Part shown: positions 1 to 10,624 of the stretch, piece after piece | Position numbering within the stretch: position 1 is the stretch's first letter | How the letters are laid out: each line of letters opens with the position of its first letter | DNA from: a bacterium | GTDB taxonomy: Bacteria > SAR324 > XYD2-FULL-50-16 | DNA length: 64,000 nucleotides | Direction: 5' to 3' | Assembly: GCA_032250835.1 (NCBI GenBank) | Contig: JAVVEA010000005.1 | Coordinates: 32,001 to 96,000, forward strand | The notes under the pieces: model-generated | What the model was told of the DNA's origin: nothing | What the model saw: the letters and a program-made list of their open reading frames with translations, nothing else | Databases searched by the model: none | Translations under genes and position numbers: made by a program

Positions 1-582
1 GTGGGGCGGTTGCCTTGGTTTGAAGAAGAAATTTGCTTTTATTGCGGCTACGCCCATCTCAAGGGAGATTGCCGCGAAGACTTTGCCCCCGACATCACTC
101 AGCTAAAGAGCCTCTTTTACTACCGTGAGCCCGTCAACCAGTGGGTTGCGGCGCTCAAGTATTCTCGGGATCTGATTGCCGGGCGGCTGCTGCAACAGCT
201 ACTAACCCAGTGGATGGAGCGCCAGACCGAATGGCTCAGCCAGTATGACCTAATCCTACCGGTACCGATCCACCACGCCCGCCTGCGGATGCGGGGCTTC
301 AACCAAACGTCTTACCTCCTACGCCAACAAACCCAACTCCCCTTAGGCAGCCAATTAGCCAAGAAGACCCGCTATACCAAGCACCAAGCCGGATTGAGCG
401 GTAAGGGCCGTCTGACCAACCTCCACAAAAGCTTCGGGGCCCAAGGGGTCGAGGGACTAAATATCTTGTTGTTTGATGATGTCTGCACCAGCGGCCAAAC
501 CTTAGACCAGCTAGCCCATTGCCTTAAAAAAGAGGGCGCCGAGGAGATTGGAGCCCTGAGCCTTTGCCGCAGCAGCAATTAA
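1..582 (+). CDS. comF: ComF-family phosphoribosyltransferase (competence protein), probably 5'-truncated by window edge
   Basis: CxxC..C Zn motif, LPVPIH..R...RGFNQ, PRPP-binding ILLFDDVCTSGQT. Confidence 0.9.
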   Translation: MGRLPWFEEEICFYCGYAHLKGDCREDFAPDITQLKSLFYYREPVNQWVAALKYSRDLIAGRLLQQLLTQWMERQTEWLSQYDLILPVPIHHARLRMRGFNQTSYLLRQQTQLPLGSQLAKKTRYTKHQAGLSGKGRLTNLHKSFGAQGVEGLNILLFDDVCTSGQTLDQLAHCLKKEGAEEIGALSLCRSSN

Positions 583-1808
583 CGCTCAAAGGCTGCCGTT
601 TCGCGGGTCATGCTAGATAGGCGGCGCACATGGGCCTGAGCCGCTTCGGTAAAGGCCTTGGTTTTGGTTTGGTCCTTGCGAACCAGCGTTTCGGCGGCGG
701 TCAACGCGGTGGCCACCATTTTGGCCTGTTCGGCCGGTTGGAACAATCCTTCGCACTTGTAGGTAATCAGCCCCAAATTAAGGTAAGGATCTGCCTCAAA
801 GGGCTGGTTCACGGGCTGGTTTTCCATCTTCAGCATCGCGCTGTGGTTTTCCTGGAAGATCACTTTAGCCACCCGGCGCATACGTTCTTCGTTTTTTTCG
901 GCCTCTGCTATGCGGAAGAGGCTAAAATGTCGAACCGACTGGATCGACACCTTGCGGATCGCTAAAGCCGAGGTCAAAGAGGGGATCGCATCCATCAAGC
1001 GGTCTACCAGCGGATGTAACAGAGGCACCTTGGCTGCGGCGACGCCAAAGGCATAGGTAAAGGAAATCGTCTCGTTGGCCGTAAAATAGCCCACGGGCTC
1101 CTTGGGCTTACCGGCCTCAATCGACTGAGCGGCCCGCTCAATCCGCTCAAAGTTGATTCCGTGCGCGTAGGCATTGGCCATGATCTTCTTTTTCAGGTGG
1201 CCTACCACGGCACGGCCCTTGACCATTTCATCGGTCAATAGATCCAACATCGAACTACCAAACTCCATCTTGGCCCGGGCCAGGGCGGCTTTGTCGCCGC
1301 GAAATTCCCTGGAAAGTTTGTCAAACTGCCGCTTGTAGCGCTCCAACAGCAAATGGTAGAGCCTAAAGAAGTTTTCGAAGTTGTAAAGACTCATGCCGTC
1401 AAAGATCAGCGCCGAAGCGGCATCTTTGTTCGCCTGCTTGAGCGCCCCAAACATCGCCGAAGGGTTTGATGAGTTCATGTTGATGCCATGGGTACAAATC
1501 GCCGAAAGCATCAGTAAGTTGGGGTTGTAGGGGTGCATCTTCTTGAGCTTTTGCAACTGCGCCATGGTTTTACCTGGCGACTGGGCCGCCTCTTTGCGTA
1601 GCGCAATGATCTCGTCTTCAGGCAATTCCTTTTGAAATACCTTGAATATTTTCTTGCCTGAAAAGCGGCTGGTGCTAGGTAGCGAAATTTTCCAAAAGTC
1701 GTCGCGCTGGGGCAGGGGGAGTTGCAGCGCCTCTTCGAGCCGTTTGATAGCCGGACCCTCACTGACGATATCGTCTGGGGCTATTTCTTGTTTTGGGCTG
1801 CGTGCCAT
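579..1808 (-). CDS. Hypothetical alpha-helical protein (~409 aa)
   Basis: Long ORF; likely start ATG at 1808 (MARSPKQE); no family recognised. Confidence 0.75.
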   Translation of the reverse strand: MARSPKQEIAPDDIVSEGPAIKRLEEALQLPLPQRDDFWKISLPSTSRFSGKKIFKVFQKELPEDEIIALRKEAAQSPGKTMAQLQKLKKMHPYNPNLLMLSAICTHGINMNSSNPSAMFGALKQANKDAASALIFDGMSLYNFENFFRLYHLLLERYKRQFDKLSREFRGDKAALARAKMEFGSSMLDLLTDEMVKGRAVVGHLKKKIMANAYAHGINFERIERAAQSIEAGKPKEPVGYFTANETISFTYAFGVAAAKVPLLHPLVDRLMDAIPSLTSALAIRKVSIQSVRHFSLFRIAEAEKNEERMRRVAKVIFQENHSAMLKMENQPVNQPFEADPYLNLGLITYKCEGLFQPAEQAKMVATALTAAETLVRKDQTKTKAFTEAAQAHVRRLSSMTRETAAFER

Positions 1809-2044
1809 ATAACTAGGACCACCATGGATCAAGATTGTTGCCCATAACCCGCCCCGCAACCGGTTATGTGGCCCCCATGGCCACTGGAACCGGCTTGAGG
1901 GGGAGAATATCTAGACTTTTGCGCCCCTTTGACGCATAGTGTGTAGCAAGGGGCAAGTAGCGCCCCAAAGATAATAAATCCAAGCGAATTGATCAAGGTA
2001 ATCTTCCATCAAGGCTCTGGCCCAAACCCAAGACAAGCGCTTCA

Positions 2045-2329
2045 ATGGCACCTACCCTGTCGGCGATCCGTATTTACATTTCCGGTCTAGTTCAAGGCGT
2101 ATACTTCCGCGCAACCTGCCAACAAGAAGCCCGCCAACTGGGCATAAAGGGTTGGGTTAGAAACCTCCCTGATGGTCGGGTTGAGGTGTACGCTCTTGGC
2201 GAAGACAAAGACCTGGAAGAACTAAAAAAATGGTGCCGCAAGGGACCCAGCGGATCTCGGGTGGACACGGTGCAAACAAGTGAAGATCAAATCGAAGAGG
2301 GTTTGCACAACTTCAAAATCCTCTATTAA
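2045..2329 (+). CDS. acyP: Acylphosphatase
   Basis: GLVQGVYFR and GWVRNLPDGRVE signatures. Confidence 0.95.
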   Translation: MAPTLSAIRIYISGLVQGVYFRATCQQEARQLGIKGWVRNLPDGRVEVYALGEDKDLEELKKWCRKGPSGSRVDTVQTSEDQIEEGLHNFKILY

Positions 2330-2336
2330 CCCCAAC

Positions 2337-3455
2337 ATGAAAAGCATCAACATCTCGCTGGTCCGCCAAGCCACACAATACCAAATCCAGATTGGCACGG
2401 GTTTGATGGTGCAGGGCTTAAAAGACCTTTTGGCTGGATACAAAGAAACCTTCGTTTACATCGTCACCAACGACCGGGTCGATAGCCTTTACCCTATGGC
2501 CGTCGAGCAAGCCCTGCCGCAGGGGTTGCAGTCGAAAAAGCTGGTTTTGCCAGACGGGGAACTCTACAAAAACTTAGACAGCCTCAGCCGCATCTATGAC
2601 TTCCTGACCCAAGGGGGTGCCAACCGCAAGAGCATCCTGATAGCCTTTGGGGGCGGCGTGATCGGTGACATGACCGGTTTCGCGGCGGCCACCTATATGC
2701 GGGGAATTGCCTACATCCAGCTACCCACCACCTTACTCTCCCAGGTAGACAGCAGCGTCGGCGGCAAAACGGCGGTAAACCACCGATTCGCAAAAAACAG
2801 CATCGGGGCCTTCAAGCAACCCATCGGGGTGGTGATCGACGTAGACTTCCTCAAGACCCTGCCACAACGGGAGTTTTTAGCCGGCTATGCCGAGTTGATC
2901 AAACATGGCTTCATTGCCGACGTTTATCTCTACCAGATTTTAAGCCGCACCACCCCGGCCGCACTCCACCAAGACCAAAACCTGCTGACCGACGCAATCT
3001 CACGTAGTTGTCAGGTTAAGGCCAATGTGGTGGAGCAAGACGAGCGAGAGCACTTCCAACGAGCTTTATTGAACTTTGGCCACACCTTGGCGCACTTCAT
3101 CGAAACCTATACGGGCTATGATCAATACCTACACGGCGAAGCGGTAATCGCCGGGATGGACTTTGCGGCCTTTTGGTCCTGGCGCAAGGGGCACCTTGAA
3201 CAAGACGATTGGCATCGAGTCCATGATCATTTAACGGGCTTGGGCTTAAAACTAAGCTATCCGGCGGTGGGCAAAGAAACCTTTTTGGAGCTGTTAGGCC
3301 ACGACAAAAAGATGTCCTCCCAAGGGGTCTCCTTTGTGGCGTTAACCAGCATTGGGCACGCGCTAATTGTAGAGAAAGTCCCGCTCGAAAGCCTTTGGGA
3401 CCAATACCAAGCCTACTTGGCCCTCGAAACGTCCTTGGTGGACGAGGTCGCTTGA
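2337..3455 (+). CDS. aroB: 3-dehydroquinate synthase
   Basis: GGGVIGDMTGFAAATYMRG, PTTLLSQVDSSVGGKT, LNFGHT, HGEAV; ATG at 2337. Confidence 0.97.
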   Translation: MKSINISLVRQATQYQIQIGTGLMVQGLKDLLAGYKETFVYIVTNDRVDSLYPMAVEQALPQGLQSKKLVLPDGELYKNLDSLSRIYDFLTQGGANRKSILIAFGGGVIGDMTGFAAATYMRGIAYIQLPTTLLSQVDSSVGGKTAVNHRFAKNSIGAFKQPIGVVIDVDFLKTLPQREFLAGYAELIKHGFIADVYLYQILSRTTPAALHQDQNLLTDAISRSCQVKANVVEQDEREHFQRALLNFGHTLAHFIETYTGYDQYLHGEAVIAGMDFAAFWSWRKGHLEQDDWHRVHDHLTGLGLKLSYPAVGKETFLELLGHDKKMSSQGVSFVALTSIGHALIVEKVPLESLWDQYQAYLALETSLVDEVA

Positions 3456-4087
3456 AGCTAAGGGGCCGCAGCCGTTGGGTTCTGTTGCTTTGGGGACTGT
3501 TGGCCTCCTGTAGCCAACCTCAAGCCCAATTACACCCCAGGCTTGACCCCCAATCCTTTGACCCACCCCCCGCAGCGCGCGAGTTGTTCTTTGAACAAGG
3601 CCGGGTGCGGCTAGTCGACTTAACCACCCAACAAGAGGACTTAAAACTACTCAAACAGCTATGGTACGACGGCATAGGCCAGCGCCTAGACGAGCAACAA
3701 CCGGTCTCTCGCTTGAGCCGAGACGAGATTTGGGTTTTAGACCTACTTTTGAGTGAGCATCTAAGCGCCTTTTACTTGTGGCCTGAAGGTAAGGTACCTA
3801 TCGAGCAACTGACCGAGGAACTTTGTGAGCCCATAAGCCGGAGGCAACTAGACTTTATGTCCCAAACCCAATCCGAGGAATTCCGCAACCTGCCCAGCCA
3901 GTTGTTGCTGATCAGCTTAGCCGAACTCACCCTGCGCCAGGGAGCCAGCCCGAAATACCCTCAAATCTATTCTCAGACCTTACGCAAAGAGGCGGGCTTA
4001 CCGCCGCGAATCTCCTTGAGTGACCTGTGGATTCCTGGTAATTTAAAGGAACTCAAAACCCAAGGGTTTTGGATCTGTCGCCGATAG
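3452..4087 (+). CDS. Hypothetical lipoprotein
   Basis: Basic N-terminus, hydrophobic stretch, lipobox LLASC; TTG start overlapping aroB stop (start uncertain). Confidence 0.6.
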   Translation: MKLRGRSRWVLLLWGLLASCSQPQAQLHPRLDPQSFDPPPAARELFFEQGRVRLVDLTTQQEDLKLLKQLWYDGIGQRLDEQQPVSRLSRDEIWVLDLLLSEHLSAFYLWPEGKVPIEQLTEELCEPISRRQLDFMSQTQSEEFRNLPSQLLLISLAELTLRQGASPKYPQIYSQTLRKEAGLPPRISLSDLWIPGNLKELKTQGFWICRR

Positions 4088-4089
4088 CC

Positions 4090-7000
4090 ATGACCTTAAT
4101 TAGCGAATACCCACAATTCCAACTGATCCTCGATCACCCCTATGCGGAGCTGTATCGAGCCGAAAAAGAACATGGCCTGATCAAGCGGGTCATTCTCCAG
4201 ACGCTCACCAACGAAGCGCGCGAGATCATCGAAGCCATCGACCCCAAGAGTTCCCTCCCCCAACTGATCCCTCCGCATCAAATTCGGCTTAAAAAAGGCG
4301 AGTTTTTGCTGGTCTATGAAAACTGCGATCTGCTCTTTTTGCCGCAGTACGTTACCGGCCCCATGGAAAGCGGGGCCTTTTTGGACTTGGCCGTTAACTT
4401 GGTGGCGGCCGTAGAAGGACTGCATAAAAACGGCCTGATCCATAAGGATTTAACGCCCTTTAATATTTTGATCGATCCGGTCGGCAGTAAGACCTACCTG
4501 ACCGGGTTTTATTGCGCCCAAGGCCGCAATCTTTTGGAATCGGACATCAGCCCGTTCCATAACCTAGAAGAAGCCTTTGTCTATCAGGCTCCCGAACAAT
4601 CGGGGCGGATCAACCGCGAGGTCGGCGCTTCGGTGGACCTTTACGCTTTAGGCGCGATCTTCTTTGAATTACTGAGCGGGCATCCTCCCTTTGCCACCAA
4701 AGACCAAATGGAGTTGATCCACAGCCACATCGCGATAGTGCCGCCTCCCTTATCAGTAGAGCGGCCCGATGTCCCGCCGGTGTTAGACCGCATCTTACAA
4801 AAGCTCTTGGCGAAAACCGCTCAAGAACGCTACCGCACCGCCAGCAGCCTTCTGAGCGACCTCCTGCATTGCCAGCGTGATTGGCAAGAAAAGCAACGGG
4901 TCGACGACTTCGAGTTGGATTTCCGCGCCACGGAGCATAATTTCCGCCTGCCCACCCGGATGTACGGCGTTGAGGAGCACCGACGCACCTTGACCGAAGC
5001 CTTCGATCAAGTGGCCTTGGGCGGCGTCGAGATGTTGATGGTCAAAGGAGCAGCAGGCTTAGGGAAGTCCAGCTTGGTGAAATTGATTAAAGGCCCCCTA
5101 AAAGAACGCGGTGGGTACTTGATCGAAGGCCGTTTCGAACGACAACATAAAGACACCCCCTATTTTAGTCTGCGCGAAGCCTTTGAAGACCTCGTTGCCC
5201 ATCTCTTGACCCAAGAAGAAAAGCAACTAGAGGTTTGGCGCAAACGACTTAAATACGAACTAGGCGAGAACCTACCGATCTTAGCGGACTTACTACCCGA
5301 CCTAAGGCTGATTTTGGGTAGCGACCTGCCTAACCTGCCGGTCGATCCGCTAGAGATACAAAACCGGATTGGCCATGCTATCCAGAAATTTTTAGGCTGC
5401 TTTACCCAAGAAGGTAAGCCGCTGGTGATCTTCTTAGACAACTTCCACTTTGCCGACTCGGCCTCGTTGCTGGCATTGCAGCAGTTTTTGACGGACGTCA
5501 ACAGCCGCCACTTGATGCTGTTGGTGGCTTTCCGTGATTCACTGGCGCTTCAGTCGGTGAGTCTAAACATGTTTTTAGAAGAAGTGGAAAAGTCCGGGGT
5601 CCCGATCAAGGAGCTGCGGGTCCGCCCTTTGCGTGAAAAGGACCTCAACGCTATGTTGGCCGAGGCATACGGCTCGGAACAGGACTTTAGCGAGCTAGCC
5701 CACCTGATCTTAGACAAAACCAACGGCAACCCTTTTTTCGTCAAACAACTCTTAGAGCACCTCAACGAAAACTCCTTAATCTCTTGGGACGAAGCGGTCG
5801 GCACTTGGGTTTGGCAGATAGAAGACATCCACAAAACGGCGCAAAGCAAGGACGTAGTGGATTTATTGATCCAAAAGATCAATAGCCTCAGCCCCGAATC
5901 AGCTGAAACCATCAAGACCGCCGCCTGCATCGGCACCCAATTCGACTTAAACACCCTTGCGCTGTCCTTGGATTTGACGCCTCAAGTCCTGATGGAACGC
6001 CTAGAGGAGCCACTCAAAAAGGGATTGATCTACCGCGAGGTGCGCGCAAACGATGAGGAAATTTCTTTCCACTTCCTGCACAACCGCATCCACATGGCCG
6101 CGCTTAGCCTGTGGGAGCCTAAGGAAAAGCGGGAGCGGCACTTAATCATCGGGCGTCACTTAGTGGCGCACCGCCCCGAACACCCAACCGAAGATTGGGT
6201 CTTTAAGACCGTCAACCAACTCAACCTGGCCGTCGAGTTGATCAGCGAACCCTTTGAGCGGCATGAACTAGCCCGTCTCAACCTGATGGCTGGGGACTAT
6301 TCACGGGCCATTGCCGCCTATGAAACCGCTTGGACCTACTATAGCCAAGGGACTGAGCTGCTGCGCGAAGACAGTTGGCGCAGTGATTATGAGCTGAGCA
6401 AAGAGCTGTTTGTGCGGCGCGCCGAAGCCGAATACTTTACCGGCAATACCGAGGCCTTCAAGCCCATCTTCCAACTACTCTACGACAATCTACGCTCCGA
6501 CGAAGAACGCGAAGAAGTAATCAACATCAAGCTCAACCTCTTCATTAAGACCGGGGATCTCAAACAGGCTTTAGAGATAGGCGTCGATGCGATCAACCAC
6601 TTCTCGGACGAAAAGGTCCCGCCCAATGATTCCGAAGTGACCATTGTCGCCCAAGTAAAAATGCAGGAGATGGCTGCCCGGTTGGCCAAACACAAGATCG
6701 AAACCTTGCAGTTTTTAGATCCCATGAAAAACGGCCGCAAGCAAGCCTTGATGAAGCTTGTGGGCAACGTGATCCCGGCGGCGGTGATTGCTCGGCGTAA
6801 TCTTTGGGTCTATTTGACCTTAAAGATGGTCGAAACGAGCCTCAACGAAGGCAACTGCCCCAGTTCGGCCTACGGCTACATGAACTACGCGGTTTTGCTC
6901 TGCGCGGGCATGGAAGATTACCAACAGGGCTATACTATGGGCAAAATGGCGCTGGACCTGAACCGGCAGGTTGAAAACCGTGCCCTGAGCAGCCAGCTCA

Positions 7001-8565
7001 ACTTTGTTTTTGGGGCCTTTGTCAACCACTGGCGCGCGCCCATTCGTGAAGGCTTAGAATATCTACAGAACGCCGCTCAATTGGGGGTCCGGTACGGCGA
7101 CTTTGTCGGTGCCGCCAACGCCATTGCCTACCTATTGTTCACCCACCTTGCCAACGGCACGCCCTTGGACCTGGTGGAGTTAGAGATCAAAAAACACGAG
7201 GACTTTGCCAAGCAGGTCAAAAACGAAGACCTCAACCGGGTGATCCGCACCACCCGAATGTTCCTCACCTTAAGCGAGGTGGATGAAGCCGCCACCCCGC
7301 TCCAGCGGATCGGAGATCCCAGCGCTCTAGAAGCGGCTTTAAAGGCCGGGCGGAACCAACAGCCCAACCAATGGTACTTCCTATTGATGGCTCAGTTGCA
7401 TTACCACCTCGCCCAGTATGACGAGGCCTTTGCACTGATCCAGAAGTCGGACCGGCTGACCCGTAACTACGCGCAATTGGGCGTGCCGGAACATTACTTC
7501 TATTTTTCGCTGATTGTGATGTCCAAATACCCCTCGATGAGCTTCGAGGAGCGCAAACGCTTTTGGGACATCCTGAAAAGCAACCGGGAAAAACTCAAAA
7601 AATTGGCCCAGGCCTGTGAAGCCAACTTCGAAGACCGCTACTTCTTAGTTTGCGCCGAAATGAGCGCCGCTAGCGGAAACTTCATCGAAACCATCGATCT
7701 CTATGACCGGGCCATCGACGCCGCCAAGGCTCAAGGCCGGATTCATCTTCAGGGCATGGCCAACGAGCTGGCCGCCCGCTATTACCTATCAAGAGACAAG
7801 GTCACTATCGCCCGGGCTTATCTACGTGAGGCCTTTTTGGCCTACCGCAAGTGGGGTGCTGCCGCCAAGTTAGCGGCCATGGAAGAAGAATACGGCCCCT
7901 ACCTAGAAACGGGTACGGTGGAAGCGAACAGCGACGCACAGCCCCAAGTGGGCGGTGGGCAGTTACTTGACTTGGCCGCGCTGCGCCGGACCCTAGAAAC
8001 GGTCAGTCTAGAAATTGACCCCTCTAGTTTGATCCGCAAGTTGCTCAAAGTGATCTTGGAGACCGCCGGGGCCCAACGGGGCTATTTTTTATTGGAGCAA
8101 GAAGGGCACCACCGCATCCGCGCCGAGGGTTCAGTTGACGACAGCCCGCCGATCCGTATCTGCTCACAGGCCTTTGAAGACTGCCAACGCATCGCCCAAA
8201 CGGTGATCTCTTATGTGATCCGGACCCGCAAGAAAGTCTGGCTGGACGATGCCCGCAACGAGGCGATCTTTGGTTATGATCCCTATGTAGAACAGGCCAA
8301 GCCAAAATCCATTCTGGCTTTACCGGTGATCCACCACGGCCGTATGTTGGGTATTCTTTATCTGGAAAACAACCTGACCACCCACGCCTTCAGCCGAGAC
8401 CGGGTAGACTTTTTGGTGCTGCTGGTGTCTCAGGTGGCCATTTCTTTGGAAAACTCCAGCCTATACGCCAGTTTGGCCCGTACTACTGAAGAACTCCGCC
8501 ATTCCAAAGCCGGCTTGGAGCGCCGGATCAATGATTTGGAATCCAAATTGGCTGAAGCCCCATGA
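4090..8565 (+). CDS. Ser/Thr kinase - AAA ATPase - GAF multidomain protein (HstK-like) lacking a C-terminal histidine kinase
   Basis: IHKDLTPFNIL, YQAPEQSGR, DLYALG; Walker A GAAGLGKS; TNGNPFF; C-terminal GAF (PKSILALPVIHHGRMLGILYLENN...QVAISLEN). Confidence 0.9.
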   Translation: MTLISEYPQFQLILDHPYAELYRAEKEHGLIKRVILQTLTNEAREIIEAIDPKSSLPQLIPPHQIRLKKGEFLLVYENCDLLFLPQYVTGPMESGAFLDLAVNLVAAVEGLHKNGLIHKDLTPFNILIDPVGSKTYLTGFYCAQGRNLLESDISPFHNLEEAFVYQAPEQSGRINREVGASVDLYALGAIFFELLSGHPPFATKDQMELIHSHIAIVPPPLSVERPDVPPVLDRILQKLLAKTAQERYRTASSLLSDLLHCQRDWQEKQRVDDFELDFRATEHNFRLPTRMYGVEEHRRTLTEAFDQVALGGVEMLMVKGAAGLGKSSLVKLIKGPLKERGGYLIEGRFERQHKDTPYFSLREAFEDLVAHLLTQEEKQLEVWRKRLKYELGENLPILADLLPDLRLILGSDLPNLPVDPLEIQNRIGHAIQKFLGCFTQEGKPLVIFLDNFHFADSASLLALQQFLTDVNSRHLMLLVAFRDSLALQSVSLNMFLEEVEKSGVPIKELRVRPLREKDLNAMLAEAYGSEQDFSELAHLILDKTNGNPFFVKQLLEHLNENSLISWDEAVGTWVWQIEDIHKTAQSKDVVDLLIQKINSLSPESAETIKTAACIGTQFDLNTLALSLDLTPQVLMERLEEPLKKGLIYREVRANDEEISFHFLHNRIHMAALSLWEPKEKRERHLIIGRHLVAHRPEHPTEDWVFKTVNQLNLAVELISEPFERHELARLNLMAGDYSRAIAAYETAWTYYSQGTELLREDSWRSDYELSKELFVRRAEAEYFTGNTEAFKPIFQLLYDNLRSDEEREEVINIKLNLFIKTGDLKQALEIGVDAINHFSDEKVPPNDSEVTIVAQVKMQEMAARLAKHKIETLQFLDPMKNGRKQALMKLVGNVIPAAVIARRNLWVYLTLKMVETSLNEGNCPSSAYGYMNYAVLLCAGMEDYQQGYTMGKMALDLNRQVENRALSSQLNFVFGAFVNHWRAPIREGLEYLQNAAQLGVRYGDFVGAANAIAYLLFTHLANGTPLDLVELEIKKHEDFAKQVKNEDLNRVIRTTRMFLTLSEVDEAATPLQRIGDPSALEAALKAGRNQQPNQWYFLLMAQLHYHLAQYDEAFALIQKSDRLTRNYAQLGVPEHYFYFSLIVMSKYPSMSFEERKRFWDILKSNREKLKKLAQACEANFEDRYFLVCAEMSAASGNFIETIDLYDRAIDAAKAQGRIHLQGMANELAARYYLSRDKVTIARAYLREAFLAYRKWGAAAKLAAMEEEYGPYLETGTVEANSDAQPQVGGGQLLDLAALRRTLETVSLEIDPSSLIRKLLKVILETAGAQRGYFLLEQEGHHRIRAEGSVDDSPPIRICSQAFEDCQRIAQTVISYVIRTRKKVWLDDARNEAIFGYDPYVEQAKPKSILALPVIHHGRMLGILYLENNLTTHAFSRDRVDFLVLLVSQVAISLENSSLYASLARTTEELRHSKAGLERRINDLESKLAEAP

Positions 8566-9806
8566 GGAACTTACAGTTTTATACACTGCAACGTTTCTTC
8601 CCAAAGCCCTGGTTCAATAACATCAATCTGGGGATTGCGGGACTGATCTTCGTCTATATGCTACTCTATCCGCCCTTTGTCAGCCATGTTGCTTTTGCGG
8701 CAGAAATTCGCTTATTCATTGAATTTTTTGTCATCCTCATACTCATGGGGCTTTACTTAGTCCGCAATGACTATAAGTTCAGCCAGCATTTTTTATGGAC
8801 CATGATCACCGTAGGGCTCTACGGCTTTTTGGGCGGCGACGCCCCGCAACAGGTGCTGTCCTTTTTCCTAAAAATGCTGTTCCTGTTGGTGATCTTGCGA
8901 GCCCTAGACCGCAACTTAGGTGTCTACCTTTGGGTGCGCCAGCTTTGGATCTGGCTATGGGCCGCCTTTTTTTTCATGGCAGTGCTAGGCGTTTTGGGCA
9001 AAGCTGGGGGCCTGATCGGTTTTAGCGCCTTTCCGGCAAAGACCGCCTACCCCTACCAGTTCCATCCTCTAGTAGGTAATTTACTGGAAAAGAACGTGCT
9101 CGGGCGGCTACTTCCCCGCTATACCGGCTACTTCGATGAGCCCGGCTTGTTTGGACTTTTTGCCGGCATCAACTACTTTATCGCCCGTGACCTATTTACC
9201 GAAAAGAGCCGCCAAAAGGTCTGGGCCACCTTTGCTTTGGTGGCGGCGGTATTGAGTCTGTCTTACTCGCTTTATTTGTTCCTGGTGCTTTATTTTGGCT
9301 TTCTCTGGACTAGGCGGGTGCGTATCTCGGTCTCTTTGATCTTAACCTTAGTCGCCGCGATTGCGTTGCCGACCATTGCCTATATCTTTTTTAATCCCGA
9401 AGCGCTACCCAACTCCTCTGTGTTAGACCGGGCCCAGTCCATTTTTAACGCCTTGGGGGCATTTTTAGCGGCGGACTTACAGCAGATGATCTTTGGCATC
9501 GGCATCCTGCCCTTAAAAGAGTTGATCGAAGGCGGAGCCACCTCTGGGCTCTTGCAGATTCTTTTTGCTCGGGGCATCTTGCTAACGGGATACTTTTACT
9601 GGTTGATCTACCGAATGGGCCGCCACAACGGCCCTTTGATGCTTTTTGTACTCTACTATAGTCTCACCTTTGATTTTTTCTGGTACCCTCTCTTTTTAAC
9701 TGGATTAGCCCTCAGCTTCCTGGGCCATCACCACCAATTGGAATCTCTGGACTTTGTTAAGGACCCCCATGACCACCGAAAAGAACCAAGACCCCAACCA
9801 GCCTGA
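8562..9806 (+). CDS. Polytopic membrane protein, O-antigen polymerase/ligase (Wzy)-like
   Basis: ~10-11 hydrophobic segments; RYTGYFDEPG motif typical of Wzy-like proteins. Confidence 0.65.
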   Translation: MRNLQFYTLQRFFPKPWFNNINLGIAGLIFVYMLLYPPFVSHVAFAAEIRLFIEFFVILILMGLYLVRNDYKFSQHFLWTMITVGLYGFLGGDAPQQVLSFFLKMLFLLVILRALDRNLGVYLWVRQLWIWLWAAFFFMAVLGVLGKAGGLIGFSAFPAKTAYPYQFHPLVGNLLEKNVLGRLLPRYTGYFDEPGLFGLFAGINYFIARDLFTEKSRQKVWATFALVAAVLSLSYSLYLFLVLYFGFLWTRRVRISVSLILTLVAAIALPTIAYIFFNPEALPNSSVLDRAQSIFNALGAFLAADLQQMIFGIGILPLKELIEGGATSGLLQILFARGILLTGYFYWLIYRMGRHNGPLMLFVLYYSLTFDFFWYPLFLTGLALSFLGHHHQLESLDFVKDPHDHRKEPRPQPA

Positions 9807-10623
9807 CCCCAATAAGGAGCAGCCGGAAGCACCAGTCGAACCCTCGGAGCCCCCAGTAGAGCCGCCGCAAGAAGAACCAACCGAACCCGTTCCTCCAGAG
9901 GAGCCAACTGGACCCGGTGCGCCCGATGAAATACCCCCGCCGCCCGAAGAGCCCTTGACTCCGCCGCGGCCACCTGAAGACGAGCCCTTCGACTTCACCA
10001 AGCGACTGCGGGAGCGCCCCTTTAACTTGATCGCCTTTTTCTTTGCGCCCTTTTATTATATCGGCTACGGACAGATTGTAAGAGGCATTGCCTTTTTCTT
10101 TCTCTCCTTGATTCCCGTCGGGGCCATTTTGGTGTCCTTCTGGGCTGGGTTCCGGGCCAATAAGGAGTTACCGATCGGTGAGGTCCCCTTCAATTGGCGC
10201 AATGTCGGCCTTTCACTGGCTGGGTTTACTCTATTGGTCATCCTTTTAAGGCCTCAGATAGAGGAGATGTTCGGCCCCAATCCCCAAGGCCCCCTGATGG
10301 GCCAGTCGACCCCCTCGAACCTTGAAGGGCGCTTGGGCTTTAGCCCAGAAATTTTCTGTAGTGGTTTGGCTCGAAGGGGCGGATTGCGCAGCGAGCCTAT
10401 TTGCCTTAGGCTAGAAAGAGGAGCCTTAGAACAGATCGGCAGCCTCAACCCCAGCGCTGAAAACAAGCAACTCTGCCTTCAATATGCCCAAGCGGCGGGC
10501 GGGTCCAATCAATTGCTGCTGAATTGCCTGTTGGCTCCTCGGGTCAACCCCCAACCAGATCCGAGTCCCATAGAACCGCGCAATATGGCCCCGCGCTTCA
10601 GCGACCCCCTGCGGAGTAGGTAA
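9769..10623 (+). CDS. Membrane protein with Pro/Glu-rich N-terminus, DUF2628-like
   Basis: Low-complexity PE-rich tract, then FNLIAFFFAPFYY and TM helices; Cys-containing C-terminal domain. Confidence 0.65.
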   Translation: MTTEKNQDPNQPDPNKEQPEAPVEPSEPPVEPPQEEPTEPVPPEEPTGPGAPDEIPPPPEEPLTPPRPPEDEPFDFTKRLRERPFNLIAFFFAPFYYIGYGQIVRGIAFFFLSLIPVGAILVSFWAGFRANKELPIGEVPFNWRNVGLSLAGFTLLVILLRPQIEEMFGPNPQGPLMGQSTPSNLEGRLGFSPEIFCSGLARRGGLRSEPICLRLERGALEQIGSLNPSAENKQLCLQYAQAAGGSNQLLLNCLLAPRVNPQPDPSPIEPRNMAPRFSDPLRSR

Positions 10624-10624
10624 G

